Below, piece after piece: positions 59,556-64,000 of a DNA stretch of 64,000 nucleotides. This DNA comes from Candidatus Levybacteria bacterium CG2_30_37_29 (GTDB lineage Bacteria; Patescibacteriota; Microgenomatia; Levybacterales; GWA1-39-11), in contig MNYS01000008.1 in NCBI GenBank assembly GCA_001873215.1, positions 66,657-130,656 on the forward strand. The letters are read 5' to 3'. Both the position numbers and the translations under genes were made by a program. Under the pieces are notes generated by a model. The model was not told where the DNA came from. It saw nothing but the letters and a program-made list of their open reading frames with translations, and did not search any database. The number at the start of each line of letters is the position of its first letter. Position 1 is the stretch's first letter.

Positions 59556-60665
59556 TCAGCGACCTATCTTGAATTCTACCACATCTCCTTCTTGCATTAT
59601 ATAATCACGGCCTTCAAAACGTACTTTTCCTTTTTCACGGCAACATTTCCAGCCCCCGTTTGTAATAAATTCCTCATACGAAACAGTTTCTGCTTTTATA
59701 AAATTTTTTATAAAATCCGTATGAATAACACCTGCAGCTTCGGGAGCGGGTGCGCCTCGCCTTACGGTCCATGCCCTAACTTCTTTTTCCCCACACGTTA
59801 AAAAAGAAATAAGACCAAGACGGTCATATGCTTTTCTTATTAACATCTCGAGGCCTGAACTTTTAACCCCAAGCGATTCTAGATATTCTTTTTGTTCCTC
59901 CCCACTTAATTCGGATAATTCTGACTCCACCTTTGCGCAAATGACGACAAAGTTATTCTTCTCCAAATCTAAAATCTCCGCGTATTTTTCAATAATTTTA
60001 GGAGTGTTTTCATCGTTATATTCGTTTTCCGAAACATTAAGAACTATTATCTCTTTTTTATTCGACAATAAAAATAAATTATTCACAATTTCTCTCTCTT
60101 CATCGCTTAATTTAAGATTTCGAGCCGGAATTCCATTGTTAAGCTCTTTTTCTACCCGTTCTAGTAATTCATTTTTATTTTTGCCTTGAACTTTTGCCTT
60201 TTGATTTTTGCTTTTTGAGTTTTCAAGAGTTTGTAAATCTGAAAGAATAAGCTCTGTTTCAATCGTTTTATAATCCGATAAAACATCAACGCTCCCCTCA
60301 CGGATAACGTCATCATCTTCAAAAGCTCTGACAACGTGGGCAACAATTTGAACTTCGCGGATGTGGGAAAGAAATTTATTACCAAGACCTGCACCTTCGC
60401 TTGCGCCTTTGACCAAACCTGCGATGTCGACAAATTCAACAGTTGCGGGTTTTATCGGAGGAAGATTTGCCATTCCTTCCTCTTCTTTTGTAATCTCGGC
60501 GAGTCGAACTAAGCGCTCATCCGGAACGGGAACAACTCCGATATTCGGCTCAATTGTCGCAAAGGGATAATTTGCGGCCAAAGCCTGTTGTTTTTTAAGT
60601 AATGCATTAAACAACGTAGACTTTCCGACATTGGGTAAACCAATTATGCCAATACCTAATGACAC
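59556..60665 (-). CDS. ychF: Redox-regulated ATPase YchF
   Basis: [38 protein letters not shown]; GTG start with AAGGGGGT RBS. Confidence 0.97.
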   Translation of the reverse strand: MSLGIGIIGLPNVGKSTLFNALLKKQQALAANYPFATIEPNIGVVPVPDERLVRLAEITKEEEGMANLPPIKPATVEFVDIAGLVKGASEGAGLGNKFLSHIREVQIVAHVVRAFEDDDVIREGSVDVLSDYKTIETELILSDLQTLENSKSKNQKAKVQGKNKNELLERVEKELNNGIPARNLKLSDEEREIVNNLFLLSNKKEIIVLNVSENEYNDENTPKIIEKYAEILDLEKNNFVVICAKVESELSELSGEEQKEYLESLGVKSSGLEMLIRKAYDRLGLISFLTCGEKEVRAWTVRRGAPAPEAAGVIHTDFIKNFIKAETVSYEEFITNGGWKCCREKGKVRFEGRDYIMQEGDVVEFKIGR

Positions 60666-60811
60666 GATTTACAACCCCCTTTTTGAACAGATAAGCAATG
60701 TCGAGCCCCGTATAAGCGCTCTTGCGACGCGAGGACGTAGACCTCGGGAGCAAGTAAGCTCTGTATGGGGCCGACATTCGGCAACCCGACAATCCCGACA
60801 GAAAGATTCAT
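60656..60811 (-). pseudogene. Interrupted second copy of the ychF 5' end (51 aa uORF)
   Basis: MNLSVGIVGLPNVG, then a 65 nt hairpin, then TCGACATTG (STL, out of frame); TATAAT 8 nt upstream. Confidence 0.85.
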
Positions 60812-60871
60812 ATTGAAAGATTATACCAAATATCCTAAGCAATACTTCTGGTGTATAATGATAGTTACTTC

Positions 60872-63106
60872 ATGAAACAAATACTAACGATTGTTGTGGT
60901 TGTTTTTACGGTTGTTAGCCTTATTGCAATCACATTTACCTTAAATCAAGTTAACCAGGAGTCAACGAGACTTGAGAATGATATCCAATACCGATCATCG
61001 CTTCTTGCTGATGGCCTTAAGGAATCTGTAGAACCAAATTTTATCAATAAATCAGATGCATATTTACAAACACTTGTTAAAAGATATGCAAATAGACAAC
61101 GTATTGCGGGTTTAGCAATCGTAGATAATACGGGCAATATTGTCGCAGTCTCTTCAAGCCTTCCAAAAGAGCTATCCCAACCTCAACAGATTGCGACAGA
61201 CGTCATGGATTCGGATAAGGCAGACGGAGACTTTGTGACGTTTAATGGGAAGAAATTGTATGTCTATGCTCAACCGCTCCATGACAAAAAAAGTGTTGTC
61301 GGTGCATTGCTTGTTGTCCAAAATGCACAGTATATAGATGGTAGGCTTCTTGAAATTTGGACGAATAACGCTTTGAGGATAATTATACAGGCGCTTCTTT
61401 TATCTGTTGCTATATTGCTGATCCTGAGGTGGATTATTTCCAAACCTATTCAAAAATTAGTCGAATCTCTTCAGTCCACAAGGCTTAATAGTAATAACCA
61501 TAACAATCAAACCTTTACGCAAAATCCCCTTTTTAACCCTCTTTTAAAAGAAGTCGCCCATATGCAGCAAAGTCTTATCCAAGCACGAATTGCGGCAAGT
61601 GAGGAAGCAAAAGCGAGCCTTGAAAAACTTGATTCCCCATGGACAGCAGAGCGTCTTAAGCACTTTGTAAAAGATTTAATAAAGAACAGACAGATTGTTG
61701 TTGTCTCGAATAGAGAGCCTTATATCCACATAAAAAATGGTAATAAAATTACTTATTATTTTCCGGCAAGCGGAGTGGTAACAGCGACCGATCTTTTGAT
61801 GCAATCAACAGGAGGAATATGGATTGCAAACGGAAGCGGTGAAGAAGACAAAGCAGTTGTTGACAGTAATGATCATGTACAGGTCCCTCCTGATGATCCC
61901 AAATACACGTTGAGACGCGTGTGGCTTACTGAAGAAGAAACACACGGTTATTATGAAGGCTTTTCAAATGAATGTCTTTGGCCGCTTACCCACTCTGCAC
62001 ACGTACGACCGACTTTTAGAAAAGAAGATTGGGAACAATACAGACAAGTAAATGAAAAATTTGCCGAGGTAGTTCTTAGCGAAATTAAAAATCTTAAAAA
62101 ACCTATCATTTTAGTACAAGATTTTCATCTTGCTCTTGTCCCTAGCATAATTAAAAAAACCAGGCCTGATGCAACCATAGGCATGTTTTGGCACGAACCA
62201 TGGGTGAGTGCGGAAACATTCAGTATTTTCCCCTGGAAAAAAGAATTTTTAGATGGGATGCTTGGAGCAGACCTATTAGGTTTTCATACGCAATTGCATT
62301 GTAATAACTTTATTGGAACAGTCGGCCACGAGTTAGAATCATTAATAGACTACGAACAGTATAGCGTTACGCGTGATGGCCATACGACGGCCATCAAACC
62401 GTTTCCTGTCAGCATCGCCTTTTCTAACGGTAACCATCAAGCAATAACTGAAGATGAGAGAGAAAAACAAGAAAAAATATTGAAAGATCTTAATATCCAT
62501 ACAAAATATATTGCCCTAGGAGTTGAAAGGCTTGATTATATAAAAGGAATCCTTGAAAGGCTCAAGGCTCTTGAAATTTTACTCCGCAACAATCCCTCAC
62601 TCCGAGAAAAACTCACTTTTATTCAGATAGCAGCGCCAACAAAAAAAAATGTGAAAAAATACCGTGAATTTGACGCAGAAGTAGCAAAAGAAGTTAACCG
62701 CATAAATAATTTATATCAAACACGCAACTGGAAACCGATTGTATTGCTTAAAAAGACTTATGCACATGAAGAATTGATCCAATTTTATAAACTCGCCGAT
62801 GTTTTACTTGTTACATCTCTCCACGACGGGATGAATTTGGTTGCGAAAGAGTTTGTAGCGGCTCGAGATGATGAGAAAGGCGTTCTCGTCCTTAGCCAAT
62901 TTGCCGGGGCTTCCCATGAGCTAAAAGACGCATTAATTATCAATCCATATAACGCTGATACAACGGCTGAAGCAATCTTTACTGCATTACAGATGAGTGA
63001 ATTTGAGCAAATAAAACGAATGAAAAAAATGCGCACTGCTGTAAAGAATTACAATATTTATCGTTGGTCGGCAGAGTTCCTAAAAACGCTAGTGAGCTTG
63101 GGTTAA
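60872..63106 (+). CDS. otsA: Trehalose-6-phosphate synthase (GT20) with N-terminal membrane/sensor-like region
   Basis: VSNREPY, YYEGFSN..LWP, VQDFHL, RLDYIKG, DGMNLVAKEF; two TM helices flanking an extracytoplasmic domain. Confidence 0.9.
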   Translation: MKQILTIVVVVFTVVSLIAITFTLNQVNQESTRLENDIQYRSSLLADGLKESVEPNFINKSDAYLQTLVKRYANRQRIAGLAIVDNTGNIVAVSSSLPKELSQPQQIATDVMDSDKADGDFVTFNGKKLYVYAQPLHDKKSVVGALLVVQNAQYIDGRLLEIWTNNALRIIIQALLLSVAILLILRWIISKPIQKLVESLQSTRLNSNNHNNQTFTQNPLFNPLLKEVAHMQQSLIQARIAASEEAKASLEKLDSPWTAERLKHFVKDLIKNRQIVVVSNREPYIHIKNGNKITYYFPASGVVTATDLLMQSTGGIWIANGSGEEDKAVVDSNDHVQVPPDDPKYTLRRVWLTEEETHGYYEGFSNECLWPLTHSAHVRPTFRKEDWEQYRQVNEKFAEVVLSEIKNLKKPIILVQDFHLALVPSIIKKTRPDATIGMFWHEPWVSAETFSIFPWKKEFLDGMLGADLLGFHTQLHCNNFIGTVGHELESLIDYEQYSVTRDGHTTAIKPFPVSIAFSNGNHQAITEDEREKQEKILKDLNIHTKYIALGVERLDYIKGILERLKALEILLRNNPSLREKLTFIQIAAPTKKNVKKYREFDAEVAKEVNRINNLYQTRNWKPIVLLKKTYAHEELIQFYKLADVLLVTSLHDGMNLVAKEFVAARDDEKGVLVLSQFAGASHELKDALIINPYNADTTAEAIFTALQMSEFEQIKRMKKMRTAVKNYNIYRWSAEFLKTLVSLG

Positions 63107-63111
63107 ATTTT

Positions 63112-64000
63112 ATGAGATTAGCAATTATTGGATCAAATTATATTAACATAGACAAAAACAGCCGGAAAGGTACAGAAATCTTCACGTATTCCCTTATTCA
63201 GTCACTGGCAACACATGCGAAAGCAAACAGCTTGAAGATTACCGCTTTTGCGTCCGGCAAATCAAAGCTTCCCGTACCTATTGAGAGTATCGATTATTTG
63301 CCCTCAAATTCATATAAAAATATTCATGAATATAATAAACATTTCATCTTTGAATTGGCTCTTATTTCAAAGGCGATATCTCGCGAGAAAGAATTTGACG
63401 TTTATCATATGAATATTGGCGATGGAGATCTAATATTACCATTTGCGCAATTTGTCTCAAAGCCCATTGTCATTACCTTACATCGCATCATCGACGAGGA
63501 ATATACAAGAAAATATTTTTCTTTATTTCAAGAAAACAAAAATGTACATTTTATATCAATAAGTAATTACCAGAGAAAAATATTGCCCCATATTAATTAC
63601 CTTACAACAATTTACCACGGCATAGATACGTCAGTCTTTCAATTTCATGCAACAGGAGGAAATATAATCATGTGGGCCGGAAGAGCAATTCCTTCAAAAG
63701 GACCGGATGTGGTAATTGAAACAGCAACCCAAATGAAAAAGGAAACCGTGCTTTATGGTATATCCAAACCTGAACACAAACAATGGTTGTATGAAAATAT
63801 CTTAAAAAAAATTGAAACAAATCCTTCAATACATTTTATTACCGACAAAAACAGGTATGAACTTATACCATTTTTCCAAACAAGCAAACTTTTTCTCTTT
63901 CCAACTACCGAGGAACACTTTGGATTGGTATTGATAGAAGCAATGAGCTGCGGTACTCCGGTGGTTGCCTATGGGGTCGGATCTATTCCGGAAATAGTCA
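63112..64000 (+). CDS. Glycosyltransferase family 4 (runs off window end)
   Basis: MRLAIIG..GTE, TIYHGID, WAGR..KG, EHFGLVLIEAMSCGTPVV. Confidence 0.9.
   Translation, partial: MRLAIIGSNYINIDKNSRKGTEIFTYSLIQSLATHAKANSLKITAFASGKSKLPVPIESIDYLPSNSYKNIHEYNKHFIFELALISKAISREKEFDVYHMNIGDGDLILPFAQFVSKPIVITLHRIIDEEYTRKYFSLFQENKNVHFISISNYQRKILPHINYLTTIYHGIDTSVFQFHATGGNIIMWAGRAIPSKGPDVVIETATQMKKETVLYGISKPEHKQWLYENILKKIETNPSIHFITDKNRYELIPFFQTSKLFLFPTTEEHFGLVLIEAMSCGTPVVAYGVGSIPEIV

Noticed and set aside
60697-60778. ATGTCG..CGACAT in the ychF 5' copy matching the dif arm core
   Set aside because: Explained by codons for N-V-G and S-T-L; spacing does not fit a 6 bp-core Xer site

Overview
AT-rich bacterial chromosome segment. 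Gene content and repeat style suggest Patescibacteria/CPR, probably Microgenomates (inference). It carries type IV pilus genes (pilB end, pilT, pilC), gyrB-orphan-ppa-gyrA, folD, surface glycan enzymes, a single Xer recombinase, ruvC, yebC, efp, dnaB, cysS, purB, rpsF-ssb-rpsR, hisS, rpmE-prfA, proS, prs, ybaB, dnaX, ybeY, rpsU, ychF, a sensor-fused otsA, tRNA-Leu(CAA) and tRNA-Ala(CGC). Genes converge on a 1 kb non-coding gap at about 17 kb holding a 15-6-15 dif-like palindrome, probably the terminus; a matching half-site sits inside the xer promoter. Most notable: (1) repeated, often synonymously recoded duplicates of gene termini (gyrB 3', ychF 5' and 3', gene 41344 3', tRNA-Ala both ends), mostly next to orphan genes, suggesting integrase-free gene-end-replacement insertion; (2) a complete His-codon leader-peptide attenuator upstream of a nucleoside hydrolase and hisS; (3) a duplicated, translationally coupled two-gene module of unknown function at 50.2-53.0 kb; (4) short palindromes and 7-mer repeats inserted in frame in ctpA, hisS, prs, dnaX and ychF; (5) many probably leaderless promoters. 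All calls are by eye from motifs; no searches were run.
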